Positions 27,109 through 41,527 of a stretch of 64,000 nt of DNA are shown here, one piece after another. A model generated the notes under the pieces. It was not told where the DNA came from. It searched no databases and was given only the letters and a program-made list of their open reading frames with translations. The stretch comes from Octopus sinensis (Eukaryota): positions 71,052,001 through 71,116,000 of the forward strand of contig NC_043001.1 in assembly GCF_006345805.1 (NCBI RefSeq), read 5' to 3'. Within the stretch, counting starts at the first letter, position 1; the number at the start of each line of letters is the position of its first letter. Both the position numbers and the translations under genes were made by a program.

Positions 27109-29284
27109 AAGAGAAAGGACGCCAACCAATTTGTCCGATGTGCTAACCCTTCTGCCATCTCGCCAACGTTTTTCTAGCATGGAGGAGATTAAAGCAATTA
27201 ACCGCTTGATGTTTGAGTTGCCGTCTGTATCAATAGTTCCTCGTCGACTCTCGTTATTTGTACTTATTCTTCCGTTGATATGCTGATTTGATGGTACTTT
27301 GGACACAGTTATCTTTTGACCAATAGCTATTGATTTTATTTTACTCCCTTTCTTTAGTTTGTTTTCTTGAGAAATTTTTCTTAATGATAATTATTTAATA
27401 AGCTTTCTTGTGTATTTTCATTCTCTTCATTGTTAAGAATGACGTTGAGGGTCTATTATTGTATTGTGAATGGTTATTTGGTTAGTTGTTTCCATGGACA
27501 TGTCTGATATTCACCCGGCTTTAACTGTTTTACTATTTGTGTTCAATCGTCCTGGGTTCTCTTTTGTTTTATTGTAAAGCCATTTTTCCTCACGTGATAA
27601 AAAGATCTGTTATGTTTTCACAATGTTTAGAAAGCTTATTCATTACAAAGAGGTCGTCTTTGTTGTCTTATTGTCTTTTATTTTGTGGCGGTCTCTGCAT
27701 TTTGTGTTTGATGGATTGCGTTGTCATGAAAATACTGGTTTGCATCAGCATATCATTCTTTTATGTGTGTATGTAGTCAGTTGTTTTTGTTATATTCTAT
27801 TTTGTGTTCGTTATCTGCGTTTTCTACTTCTGTTTCTGATATTGTTCAGATATCGTTTTTTATTCTTATTTTTATCATAAATCCCTTTCTATTTAATAGT
27901 AAGTTCATGTTTAGTGTTTATTTCACAGCTTAGTTTTGCTTCTCCATAAGACATGTGCCATTGTTATGGCTCCCTTATCTGTTAGTTATCATAGCGATAT
28001 ATATTATAAAATGGAAATACAATACGTGTACAATACTACAAGGAATTGTTCTTTTGTCTAACATTTCCACTGTAGGCCTATTTTGCTTTGTTGCGTATTA
28101 TCAATTGTTGGGGACATTTCTTCAGACGAGTTAATCATTTTGAGAAGGCAACGCTTTTAAGAGCAATGTAGCGTTATCTTTGTAATATAATAATTAGTTT
28201 AAAACCAATGATATAGATAACTATGGTACGACCCGACCCGTAGTTACTATTTTTTTAAATATTGGTTTCAACTTTTGGCATGAGGGCAGCAATTTCGAGC
28301 GAGAAATAAGTTGATGAGATCGGTCACAGAGTTGGACAGGTTCATGCAACTTCAATCATACCTTGCTATTTTATTTGCATGATCTCCTCACTTCACTTTT
28401 GTCATGATCAATAAAATGCATGCCGCGCAATAATCACCACCGGTAATCTTTCCTTTCTCGAAAACATATCAGCGCTACCCATTCCCCTAAACGCGGCTAG
28501 AGAGAAAAATGCTTTAAATTGGTGAAACAATTGGACAGAAATTGGTACAATTAAGAATGGTCGCTCGTAGAGACTATTCCTAAACGAATAAAGAAGGTAT
28601 TAACAGGGCTCCATGTAAAAACTCCATGTAAAAACATTTACCCCATGATTAAGCAGATGACGTATATCATATATCAGCAGGTTGTATATATCCATCATCT
28701 ACTAGACCTCGTATTGACGTGGGATAGAGCCTTCTGGCACCTCCTCCATAGGATTCTATCACAAGCTATCGTCATTACACTTTCCAACTGAATTCTCTGG
28801 TGTGACCAAGTAAGATCATAGTTAATACCCAACATCTCGTACTTAGTCTAACCATAGATATCCTATATATATAATAAACTGATGCAGAGTATGATCAAGG
28901 CCTACTAAAGAAAAATAACACTACCCTCTCATACGCATCTCCATGCAAGCTGCAATGGTTTTGTGAGCATGTGGTTTGTACAATTTATCACGGATAGGAA
29001 GGAGACAGGATATTTGATCGCAGTATCATAGTTTGTTTATAGAAATGACACAGATTTAACATTTGTTACTAGGGTGTTCTAAATTCATGGAGATATTGCT
29101 TATAATTTAAAGCCTTGTTATTAAACTTTTGAAAATAGTGACCCTACCGTGATAGGTGAAGTTTTGCGGGGCGATGAATAACCGAGATGGGGGATGAAAT
29201 GATGGTTGCAATTCGATAACTTTATTCGTTTTTTCATTAAAGACTGAGCGGGGTATATGTATACTATATACTATATATTATATG

Positions 29285-30356
29285 TTAGGTCATTAAGAAT
29301 GAAATGTCCGATTTTGCATTTTACATTATCCACCAAAAGTAGCAATGCAGTTAATCAAACTATGCACCTAAATTAACAGCATAATATTGCCGTTTTATCA
29401 GTATCTTACTTATGCTGGCAGCGAAGAATTTTGAAGAGAAAGAGGGGACGAAATCACGGAAAGCTGTTTTTGATTCTTCAGATTTGAAGTTTTTTCTTTG
29501 CAAAATGTTGTCTAATGCTTGGAAAATGTGATAATCAGTTGGTGCAAGGTCTGGTGAATATGGTGGATGGCGGAGTACTTCCATTTCAGTTCCTGTGACT
29601 TGAGTAGCATTCTATGTGCAACATGTAGTTGAGCATGGTCTTGCAAGAGAATTGGCCTGTCTCTATTGACCAATCTCGGTTCTTTAATTGCAAGTTCACT
29701 CATCATTTCATCCATTTGCTTGATGTACATATCCGCTGTAATTGGCTTACCAGGTCTCATGAAGTAGTAGTAGATGACACCAGCGCCGGACTATCAAACA
29801 GATACCATTAGATTGTTTTGGTTCATATTCGTTTTTGGATTGTGTGTTGGCACTTCCGCTCTATTCAACTTACTATTCTTGAAAAGAATCCATTTTTCCT
29901 CGCACGTAATATTACAATGCAAAAATGGCTCGTTCGATTTGTTTCAGATGGTCCAATACAGTTGCAATCGAAACATCAATCGTTGCTGCTAATTCATACG
30001 TATTTTGAGATGCATCAGCTTTCACTAATTTCCAGCTCATCAGTATCCTCCTTTGTCTCAAGTTCACCAGAACGGAACTCCCCAACACATCGTCGCATAT
30101 TGCGCTCATTCGCATCATCTTCATCAAACACCGCATGGATGTTTCGAGCTCTTTGGGATGCATCCATGGGTTCACAAAAATTTATTTACAAGAGAAAACT
30201 CACACTATAATCAGACACCATGAATTGCATTTCGAAAAGTAATGATGTAACTCTTCAATGTTGTAAGACAAAGAATCGTCAGGATAAAACAGTAGAGTAA
30301 ATGACCGTTACATTTGGTGTATAACAGAATCGGACATTTCATTCTTAATGACCTAA
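29285..30356 (-). mobile_element. Mariner (DD34D) element with both TIRs, internally decayed
   Basis: Perfect 29-bp TIR TTAGGTCATTAAGAATGAAATGTCCGATT at both ends; LVNRDRPILLQDHA, EVLRHPPYSPDLAPTDYHIF. Confidence 0.95.
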
Positions 30357-30519
30357 TATATGACATTTATATTAATTATCTATCATACATTTTATTACAT
30401 TAAGAAAATAATTATTTAGTAAATAATTAAACAATTACCCCAGGAAAATATGAAGTACACCATAATAATAATTCAATAAAATTGTATATTTTTAATTTAT
30501 AGATACCTTGTTAGATACT

Positions 30520-31095
30520 CCACCAGCTGTTTCTGGCTAGTTAAGAACATCCTGCTCAGGGTGCGACAGTACATCGACGTCTTCCTGGGGTTCAGCGTCT
30601 TGATCAGAACCACAAGCGAGGGTGACCCCCCCTACACGCAATGGTAGCATGCTGTCAACAAACAGGTCTTCAGTCTTTCTGTCCACCAGAGTCTGACGGA
30701 CGCCAGTGCCAGCAGTTTGGGTGAACGCCTCGCCAATGCTTGGGTGGTCTGCTTTCTTTGCACATGGCAGCGACGAATGGCTACAAGAACTGCTACTAGA
30801 AGATTATCTGTGTTTCTCACGGGAAGAGCCGGCCTCAATCCTCTCCTCAAGCTGGATGGCATGCGCTAGGTGGCTCCTCTTGACATGCGACTTCAAATTG
30901 TAGAGGCTCACTACTTCTCCCTTGACGGTGGTGTCCATGGGTTGGCACATGACGCACCGGAAGTACAGGATTTTGGAGTTTCTCTTATTCCTTAACTTAA
31001 AGACGAAATAGTCATCTAAGTGGGGGTCACGAGCACTGAGACTCCTGGCTCTCAACCTGAGCGACTTCTGCTAAACGGAAAGTTAGCTTCCATGA
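30520..31095 (-). mobile_element. BED zinc-finger N-terminus of a probable hAT transposase (fragment)
   Basis: YF..YFRCVMCQPMDTTVKGEVVSLYNLKSHVKRSH = Cx2C..NLKxHx4H; visibly more GC-rich than the flanks. Confidence 0.7.
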
Positions 31096-31127
31096 CTTAG
31101 GGGAACCGTGCTCACCATTTTAATATA

Positions 31128-31171
<44 letters not shown>

Positions 31172-31722
31172 GGTATGTATGTATGTACATACATATATAT
31201 TTATTTATTTATCTATTGATATATATATATATACACATATATATATACATATATGTATGCATGTATGTATGTATGAACGTATGTACTTATGCACATATGA
31301 ATGTGTGTATGTATAGAGGAGAAAATTTTGGGGCACAGTGTACATTATGACATAGCGAACCTTTACAGAAAACACCAACAAAGTACTTCGCAGAAAGTCG
31401 TTCTTTCATATTGTCAGGCAACACTATTCAGAATCCACATACAAACCATTCTCGCCCAGTGCTGTTTCCGTTCAACAATTTTCATTTTTGATTAAATCTA
31501 TTCGAAATAACTTAGAGCGCTTCAAATAAGTCTTGCCTTGGAAAGATAAGAACAACGTTACTTCACAAGGCTTCCACTAAAATACTCCATCAAACGGAGT
31601 CAATCTTATCTCTATCACTAAATTTGCATTTAAGTAGATTGAAGTCTACAAAATTATGTATTACATACATGCACACATACACTATTATATTTGTATGCGT
31701 AAGTGAGATACGTATGTATGTT

Positions 31723-32312
<590 letters not shown>

Positions 32313-32584
32313 AAGAGCCTGAATATAAGACTACGCTATAATTATCAATAAACGATCGTCTTACATTTATCAGTTTCATAATTTGAATTGACTATCCGTC
32401 ACGAATATGTCTAGACAAATCCTGGGAAAAATATTTATTAAATAACATAAGAATAGTTCATATACGTTGTTTAAGGATAATTACTACGGTTATTTGAATT
32501 AAGAAACTGCTGCTGTAGTCAGAATTTTTCAATGATTATAAATTAATACTCAACAGGGCAAAAACGCTATAGAAATATCTTCCA

Positions 32585-32912
32585 TTATATATAAATTACA
32601 GTCATATGTAAGCACTCAGCAACTCCACAGACACGTGTACCCATACCGTAGTTCTCGGGGATATTCAGCGTGACACAGAGAGTGACAAGGCTGGCCCTTT
32701 GAAATACAGGTACAACAGAAACAGGAAGTAAGAGTGAAAGAAAGTTGTGGTGAAAGAGTACAGCAGGGATCACCACCATCCCCTGCCGGAGCCTCGTGGA
32801 GCTTTAAGTGTTTTCGTTCAATAAACACTCACAACGCCCGGTCTGGGAATCGAAACTGCGATCCTACGGCCGCGAGTCCGCTGCCCTAACCACTGGGCCA
32901 ATGCGCCTCCAC
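32585..32912 (-). mobile_element. tRNA-derived SINE, family D, well preserved
   Basis: Reverse complement GTGGAGGCGCATTGGCCCAGTGGTTAGGGCAGCGGAC (A box)..GTTTCGATTCCC (B box); tail TGGAGTTGCTGAGTGCTTAC related to family C. Confidence 0.85.
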
Positions 32913-35900
32913 AGATCAACCTCTACAGTAAATGACGAGGTAGAATCCATTGAGCCAGCTGGTACCATCCTTGACACCGTTACGGCAACTCCAGGGCAGA
33001 TAGAATTCTTCAGCCCTCCAAGGCAATTCTCTTAGGGGAAGTTTATTCCAGTGTAAAGCCTTGCACTTGCTGATTACCGCAGCCGTCTTAGCCTGCCGGG
33101 ACAATGTGGTTAGACTTCCAAGTCTACAGAGTGGAATCGGATTGCGTTGACTCTCTTTGATACTACTAAATGCCGGTAGGAATAAAACGCACGCATCTTC
33201 AAGGACTGTATACATAGACACTTGAGGCTGTGGCATTTTGTCTCATGATATTCGGGTACCACAATGCTGCTGATGCTGGTGGTGGTGGTGACGTTGTGGG
33301 TATTGGTAATTGGATAGTGAAAAGTGTATTTTCTCTTTTAATTGAACTTATTTTATACCAGCTATCCCTTAATGCATGCGCATAAGTGAATCTCCGTGAA
33401 ATATTCTCATTTACGTGTCAGATATATGCAATTTAAATAAAGGTTGTATCATATGTACGGAATGTTTTTTTGCTTATAGTGAAAATGGAAAACTAAGACT
33501 GAATATTTATTTTAGGAGTGCTATTGAGTCTATAAAATTGTGCATAAGATATATAAAGTGTATATATAAAGTGCATTAAATAAGCATAGTATTCAAATTT
33601 ATTTCACTTTTCAATGAGTAGCAGATGAGCGAGTATGTTTCCATACAGAAGCAACACAGGCTACGCTTTCAGGTTTTTTGGATAACGATCTTAGAAATAA
33701 CCCAATAGGCGTACCATTAATTCCGTGAAATATTCACGGCTCCTGCTAGTATTGTATTAACTTGTGACTGTCAGTACATTTTCAGCTGGCCGATACTGGC
33801 AATCTACATGCCCTAATTTGATGGCTAATGTACTATTCATGTGTGATATCTGCAATGATTGTCACTTTAGAATAGAACTAAACATATTTGATATGTTTCA
33901 ATATATATATGTTTGAATACATGTGAGTTTGAACACCTATCCTTTCATAAATGTATGATTATACGCATGCGTATATATACACATGCATACTGGCACGCAT
34001 GATTGTTTGCACGGATGTGTTCTCAAGCATGAGTGTTTGTTCGCTTGTATTTTTGTACATACCTTTGTTTGTATACAAGCATATTCATATACTTGTGTTT
34101 GTCTACTTATTTGTTTGTACACGTTTATGATTACACCCTGTAACATTTGTATACATGTATACTGGTATACATGCATTTTTGTTGTGTATTATCTATTTTC
34201 TCCTAAAAACTTCGGTTACTGACATTTCAGCATTCTCCCTAACAGCCATGGATTCTAGGAAACCTATACATGTGCTTTCAAGCTTCACTGGACTAACAGT
34301 TATATTACCTCTTATCAGAAGATACCTAAACCTGACATTTTCACAAGTTGAATATCGCATTATTTATCTGCAGGTATCAATATTATGTTACTTTATCCTG
34401 TCGATTATCATATTTCTGTTGTGCGTGATATATTCTTTATTTAACGTTTTGGCATTACTCAAACAAATCCGCATGTATATGCTACCTTACAGCAAATGAT
34501 AATAAAGGAATTCTACTTTATTCATTCCATCCAATTGAATTCTATTCTATCGAAAATGTTATAGAATCTACGGGGGGTAGATTTCGCTGAAATATCTTCG
34601 ATAAGAAGTGTTTCTATTACAGGAAGGGAAAAACAGAGAGAGAGAGAAAGATCAGTAAATTTGATTTAAAATGATTAATAGGATGCCGCCCTCACTTATA
34701 TTTCAGATATTTTATTTTCAGGTTTGTTGTTGTTGTTGCTGCTGGTTTTTATTTATTCTGTATGATAATATTTATTGTAAATTAGCAATTTATACTTGTG
34801 GGCCTCAATACGCTATCGTTTGTAGCTTGGAAATGAGTTACACTATGGGGAAATACTAAATATAACTTTTGAGATGAACAACAACTATAAAACTATTCAA
34901 CAAGTAAAAACGCTATTTGCCCATTTCTGAACATAGATTTTCGACATATTTATGTTTTCAAGGCTAGATGAAAAAGAAAGCAAAGAGGTATGGAACGTGA
35001 CAAATGTATTAAAATTAAAGTTAATATGTTGTTGTTTGATGTCAGCTTGATTTATTTTATCATCCTGAGTTCTTGGCCAAATACATCAGTTTCACAATAT
35101 AAAACGATATTATTACTACCGAATATAAATGTCTTTCACAAAATTTTGACATGAGTAATATTACATTCATTTTTCTTTTTCCTCTTATACAATTTTTGTT
35201 CTTTTCGTTATTTATTGCTGTGTCACGGCTACTACTTTTACTCGACTACTTTACTTAGCTACTATAAAACATACCATGGAATAAAGAAGAGGTTGATGGT
35301 TCCACTTCAGATTATACACAAGTTATATTTTCTATCATGTTAGTAAATTTTCTACGACTGAGATTCATTGTACCGAACGTTTCTATTCATTCTTAAGTTT
35401 GTAATAGATATTCCTAACTCCTTAACTCCTAAGAGAGATACGGATAAAAGGGGATGTTCTGTGTAATGATGTTCCATCGGATGAAGCAGAGATAAATGTG
35501 TTACTCATTCATCAGAAAAAAACAAAGAGTGACATAATTAAGGCGACCAGGTCTAACATTATTATAGTAAGAGGAGTGGAGTAAGACAAATAATAATGGT
35601 AGGAGAGAGGGAGTGAAAGAGTGAGAGAGGATGTATGAAGAATATTAAACTGTAAGCTGGCAGAGTTGTTAGAGCATCTGACAGAATGTTGAGTTGTATT
35701 TGTTCGATTCTGAAACAGTTAAAATCCTACAAGGTCAACTGTGTTTCACCTCTTCGACGCTGATTAAGTGTCAGTCAGATTAAGTGTCAGATGGACTGGT
35801 GGAACTGCTGGCTGAATGACTTTCTGTATTTCTCTCAATTGTTTGAGTTATAATTTCAAATTTAGCCATTGTGTATGTGAGTGTAGTAATAATACGTTGT

Positions 35901-36457
35901 CTGGTGTAGCACCAAAACCTAGTACATTGGGTGATTTCAAAAAGGAGGTCACACTCTTGAAATCTATTCAAAACAGGTCATAATTTTAAAGATACTTTTT
36001 CCCCTTCCCCGCAGTCTTGGAGTCACGTTCATTTATTTGTCTCCTGATTAAAGATAAAGGGAAAATTACTTGGGTTTTTTCGACTCCATGTTTACCACTA
36101 ACAGGGCTTTGGGTGCATATAGCTGAAGGAGTAAATTCTAATGCAAGCATTCGAACCAGGTCACTTGTCATCATGGCACACTGATTCATACCGCAAAAGA
36201 GTGTCCACTAAAATCTCAATCAACCAGTTCGAAACATTAGCCAATTCCCTCTTAAATCTGAAGCTATCGTCTAAAAGAATAAAGTGACATTTAATTATAT
36301 AGTCCTAGCTACGCGAAGGACGAGATGATCGCACGTGTGTTTGTCAAGGTTTAGCTGGGTCCAAACTACACAAAGCTATGGTTAGAGTTTTTCCGCCTCT
36401 CTTTACACGAGCCGGGGAATCCCTACAAATATATCCTGCTTCTGCACATCCTTCTCT

Positions 36458-36850
36458 ATTCTTTTACTTGTGTCAGTCATGAGTCTGTGGTCATGCTGGG
36501 CCACGCCTTGGATTATTTTCGTCAACTGAATCAACCCCAGTATATTTTTAAAGCCTAGCACTTATTCTGTCAATCTCTGTCTGTCGACCCAGTAAGTTAC
36601 AAGGATGTAAACACACCAACACCGGTTGTAAAGTGGTGCATGGGGGACAAACACATACACAAAGACATACACTCACGCACACATACATATGTGTGTGTGC
36701 GCGCGCGCGCGTGTGTTTGTGTGTGTGTGTATACGACGAACATTTTTCAGTTTCTTTCTACAAGTAGAATGAGTCTTGCCCAAGGTGCCACGCAGTTGGA
36801 CTGAACCTGGAACCATGTGACTGGGAAGCAAGTTTCTTATTACACATCCA
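36458..36850 (-). mobile_element. SINE family B
   Basis: cttgcccaaggtgccacgcagttggactgaacctggaaccatgtg plus tail cttttacttgtgtcagtcat. Confidence 0.85.
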
Positions 36851-37659
36851 TTCACAGCTATTCACTAATTAACATAAATATTCTCTGAATTTAGGATTCT
36901 ACGGAATGAGGTATCTTTTTGTATCATACAACAAATTATATATGTTGCATAGCTTTTGAGAAGTTCGGAAAAATATTCTTCTTTGGAAAAAAAGCGTCCT
37001 AGCAAAAACAAATATATGAAAATATGTCGCAAAGAAGCCAGAATGATAAAAATAAACAACATGGAAATACAAGTAATGAGTTTTACATATACAAATGTCT
37101 AGTTGTATTTTAATGGTGCTTTTTTATTATTTTGCCGTCCGAAACTTCGTTTAGGACGCATTTCATATATTTTAAGAATTGCATAGGAAGTTATTGTTTT
37201 CAGTATATGTATCAATTAAGGTCACTGGTTTTATATTTAATATTTCTCACAAGAAATAGAGCGAGTGGCACAAGTAGTAATAGTGCAAACTACTTTGTCT
37301 TACGCACTCTATTTGAAATCATGTTTATGATATTAATAGTCTTTCTTACTAATTCTTTTTTCATAGATGAACTATGTTCACAAACCATAAGGTGAATCGG
37401 TCACATCCAACTAAAGATAACAACTGTTTAATTACCTTTGAGTTCTGAAGTAAAGTTTGCCTGTAGACAACCATATTTAGCTATCATTTCGTTCGAGGGT
37501 AAAAGAAAATACACTCGTATGTTTTTTGCATATAGTTTAAAAGAGTTTTGATATTACTTAGTGTTGAAACGAACGTGTTGTATATTAGGAGGGACATAAT
37601 GCCAAAAACAAATCACGCACTGGTTCATTTATTATTATTAATCTTATCATTATTATTTT

Positions 37660-37711
37660 TTTATTATTATTATTATAAGTTGTAGTAGCAACAGCAGCGA
37701 CAGTAGTAGTA

Positions 37712-37756
<45 letters not shown>

Positions 37757-37763
37757 CAGCAGC

Positions 37764-37825
<62 letters not shown>

Positions 37826-37832
37826 CAGTAGC

Positions 37833-37878
<46 letters not shown>
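37660..37878. repeat. (TAG/CAG)n microsatellite
   Basis: Directly visible. Confidence 0.95.
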
Positions 37879-38557
37879 CAGAGCCGGAAAGTACTTAACA
37901 GCAATTTCTTCCCACTACATCATTAGTTTAAACATCATTGGGCTGCTTTTCATCATTTATATATATATATAAAGATGTCAGTTGGATAAAGTTAAAGATG
38001 GTCTGGATTTCACGTTTTTTATTTATGTTGTTTTAACATTAAAAATTTATAATTTGTAATGCTCATAAAGATAAATTAACGCTTTCATTCATGCTGTTAT
38101 TTCTGCTCAGAACAGGTTTGAACATTTTAATAAGCCGTTTTTCATTTATCTTTCTTCCAAACTCACTTGCGTCATGTAGCTTTTAGAAAGGAAATATTAG
38201 AAATATTGAGCGAACATATAGAGACAAATAATCAGAAAATATTCCAGGTTATGTCCTTTTTGATGATTGAGACCATCGATAACTAACTGTTATTTACGGT
38301 CTAAGGAAGACAATCAATTTCTGACTGTTACTTCGCAAAGTACAGACCTTCTGACACTAGAAGAGCTATTGCTCCATGTTACTCCATAATTCAAAAATCT
38401 AAATAGTGTAGAGCCATCTGTGGAACATTAGCAATGTATTTGCCATGTGTGAACGAAATTGAAAGAAAAATATTACGTGGGGTCAAGTAATGGTCGGTCA
38501 CGTATATCCACACACACACATCTTTTATTTTGATATATTATATGATATATATATATA

Positions 38558-38604
<47 letters not shown>

Positions 38605-38616
38605 ATTATATATATA

Positions 38617-39820
38617 GGTAAGGAAAATTTTTTTTTTTTTTTAAATGCAGAATGCTCAAATGAAAGAAAATTTTAATAAAATGAGAAAATGATACCTTCA
38701 AACAAGGTACGAAGTTTAAAATCAAGACTAACTTCTCCTGTTCCTCCGAGAACCTTATCTACGTTCTCACATGCGCTGGTTGCCAACATAATTATGTTGG
38801 ACAAACGAGTCTCCCGTTACGTAACGAGTAACGGTGCATAAAGAACAAATAAATCTCCCGGAATACCGACAAATTCCACTGAGTGACCACTTAGACTCAT
38901 GTGCTAAAGACTAAACCCCAAATTCTATATATTCCCCTTCTACCAATGTAAAGACGGGATCACCACACAGGAGAGAATTAACAAGGAGAATCTCTTTATT
39001 GAAAAATTCCCAACACAACTTAATATGCAAACTCCTCGTTGATCAAACTTCCTTTCTCTACCTCACTCTTCATGGATGGACTAACACAAATATATAAAGA
39101 TACCATGCATTCATCACTTCAAGCTAAAACTTATATTCTTTAAATATCATTTTTACTATTGTTGTTATTACTATCATTTTTATTATAAATGATATGACAA
39201 TTTGAAATGCAATTGTCTATGCAGATTTATATTATTAGAAAATAATATAAATAAAGTGTTAAAATCTGAAAGTTAAGTTAACAAGCAATTATATAAAAAA
39301 GATAATGCAAATGAAGCTAAAATGATAGTTTTATAATTTGGGTTTTATTGAAGAACTCAAAAGAGTTGTCTCCCCTTACCCACAACACAGGAACTGAAGA
39401 ACCAGGACCACAATTACTACTACTTCCTGTCCTGCAACATGCTGAATTTAACAACACAACACATCACATGCTCTTAATCCCTTTGGATCTTAACACCTCA
39501 AGGTAATTTTTTGGTAAACAACCATAAAACTCAAGATACACAACGAACTCACAATGTATCGGAGAACTTATTTTTTAATTTTTGTACATTTTTATCATTA
39601 TTCTTTTACAAAAAACAATGCAATTTTCTTTTTTTCCCCTTTCTAATTTTTAAAATAACTTCTTAAAATAACTTCTTAAAACATAAATATTCTTGACAAG
39701 TCATACAATGACGAAAACCGGTTGAATAAATATATATTTATATATTTTATCATTTTATCATTTTATTAAAATTTTCTTTCATTTGAGCATTCTGCATTTT
39801 TAAAAAAATTTTTCCTTACT
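38617..39820 (+). mobile_element. 5'-truncated Penelope-like element (Neptune-type) bounded by a ~75-bp inverted repeat
   Basis: FKIKTNFSCSSENLIYVLTCAGCQHNYVGQTSLPL..VTVHKEQI..PLSDHLDSC..FYIFPFYQC..KENLFIEKF; 38617-38693 is the reverse complement of 39748-39820. Confidence 0.92.
39688..39728 (+). ncRNA. Degenerate minimal type I hammerhead motif in the Penelope terminal repeat
   Basis: TATTC-TTGACAA-GTCAT aca ATGAC-GAAA-ACCGGTT-GAATA: perfect 5-bp stems I and II, palindromic stem III, core mutated from CTGANGA and GTC. Confidence 0.7.
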
Positions 39821-39867
39821 TATCATTTCTCCACGTGCGGTCAACACAACCCCACCATTTATTGATC

Positions 39868-39908
<41 letters not shown>

Positions 39909-40041
39909 GTAGAGCCACAGATACATGCATACATAAGTATGTATGTAAGTATGTATCTATAAGCACAAACAAACGTACTCTATATATATGTGTATATATA
40001 TATATATATATATGTGTATATATATAATATATATATATGTA

Positions 40042-40107
<66 letters not shown>

Positions 40108-41527
40108 CACTGAACCGCAAAAGAAACGCGATTTTTTCAAACGTCATTATTATATGGTAAATTCTGAACATCTATGTCGGGGATGTAAGTGTAAATACTG
40201 CAAGTCATGCTCGTTTATATTTGAGACCCTAACTGCAGGTAACCTTTCAACTTTCCCTGAAACGAGACACTAAAATGCAACTGCGTTGAATGCTGTAGGC
40301 GGCAGTCGTAAACAATTGTCATGAAAACCGAAATGCACGTGCATCTCGTGGAGTTTATGGCTATAAAGATGAACTTGAATTGCATTCCTGAAATTCGTAA
40401 TTTGGACGCATCAGGTATGACCCGATTGTTAGCAGCGTAGAGAGAAAAAGATATCGGCCGGTAGCAAGCAGGGCAGCGTGCCCTAGTTGTTGCGAAAGCT
40501 TACAATGCCCATGTCAGCACCATCTATCGGCCATAACAGCAATGCAACAATACCAACAGCACTGCAGACCGTGCCTGCAGAGGGTGCCGCCGGATGACCG
40601 CGCCCTGGCAAGACCGCTTCATCCACTTGCACCACCTCCGTGATCGCTTCAGACCGGCCAGCGTGACAGCTCGCGAGACTAGACAGCGACCCATCAGTGA
40701 CGACACAGTACGATGTCGACTTGCCGCCAACAACCTACGTTGCCGTCGTCCTGCTCGAGGGTCTGTCCGCACTACCCGCCACCATCGGATAGGACTACAG
40801 TGAGTTACACAACACCGACATTGGCCGCATCAACAATGAAGGTCGATGGCAGAGTGAAGGCGTGGTGTAGGAGGATCCAACGCTACAGAGACGCATGTGT
40901 CATGAAGAGAGATGCGTGGGGTGGCCAAAGCATCATGATCTTGGGTGCTATAGGCCTGAATCAGAAAATTGAGACCCATGTATTCCAAAATGTTGATGCA
41001 GGCAGCGGGAATGGCATCACAGCGCAGCGCGATGTTGACCAGAAACTAAGACCTCACATCGTGCCCTTCTTCGCGCGTTAGCTACGTGTTCCAACAGGAC
41101 AATTCTCCCTCCCACACAGCCAGGGTCACTGTGGACTTCCTGCGTCAGCACAACATCAGAACCATGCCGTTACCGGCTCTCAGCCCGGATTCGAACCTAA
41201 TTGAACACATGTGGAATGAAATCCAGGACGGCTGAGCAGGTGGCCCCATGCCCAACAACACGTGTTGAACTGAAGGTAGTTTTCTCCAGGGTTTAGACCG
41301 TTGTATGGCCGTTTTGAACAGGCAATGAGGGCATACACGGTATTGAACATGTCACGCCCTACAATCTCAATGGATCTACCCACTACCAGAAAACATGGCA
41401 ACGACACATAGATTGTGGTCAAAGTGCATCCAAGAAATTGCCATTATCAGATTTATCAAAATTTATCTCTGACATAATATAATTAAAACAGTCTCCACAT
41501 GTCTCGCTTTTCTTTTGCGGTTCAGTT
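40108..41527 (+). mobile_element. Tc1 (DD34E) element with both TIRs and TA flanks; transposase pseudogene
   Basis: TIR CACTGAACCGCAAAAGAAA at both ends; QDRFIHLHHLRDRFRPAS, TVRCRL, WGGQSIMILGAIG, VFQQDN, ALSPDSNLIEHMW. Confidence 0.95.

Noticed and set aside
27170-27990. Possible LINE ORF1 (esterase-like) remnant on the minus strand
   Set aside because: Only a vague IAIG motif; too decayed to support.
32830-32910. tRNA-like A and B boxes as a tRNA gene (also 23700-23790 and 25190-25260)
   Set aside because: They continue into repeat bodies and tails and lack a proper cloverleaf; they are SINE heads.
34155-34499. Hydrophobic 114-aa ORF as a membrane-protein exon (similarly 25529-25864 and 24690-24911)
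   Set aside because: No recognisable domain or coherent exon chain; hydrophobicity is expected from T-rich DNA.
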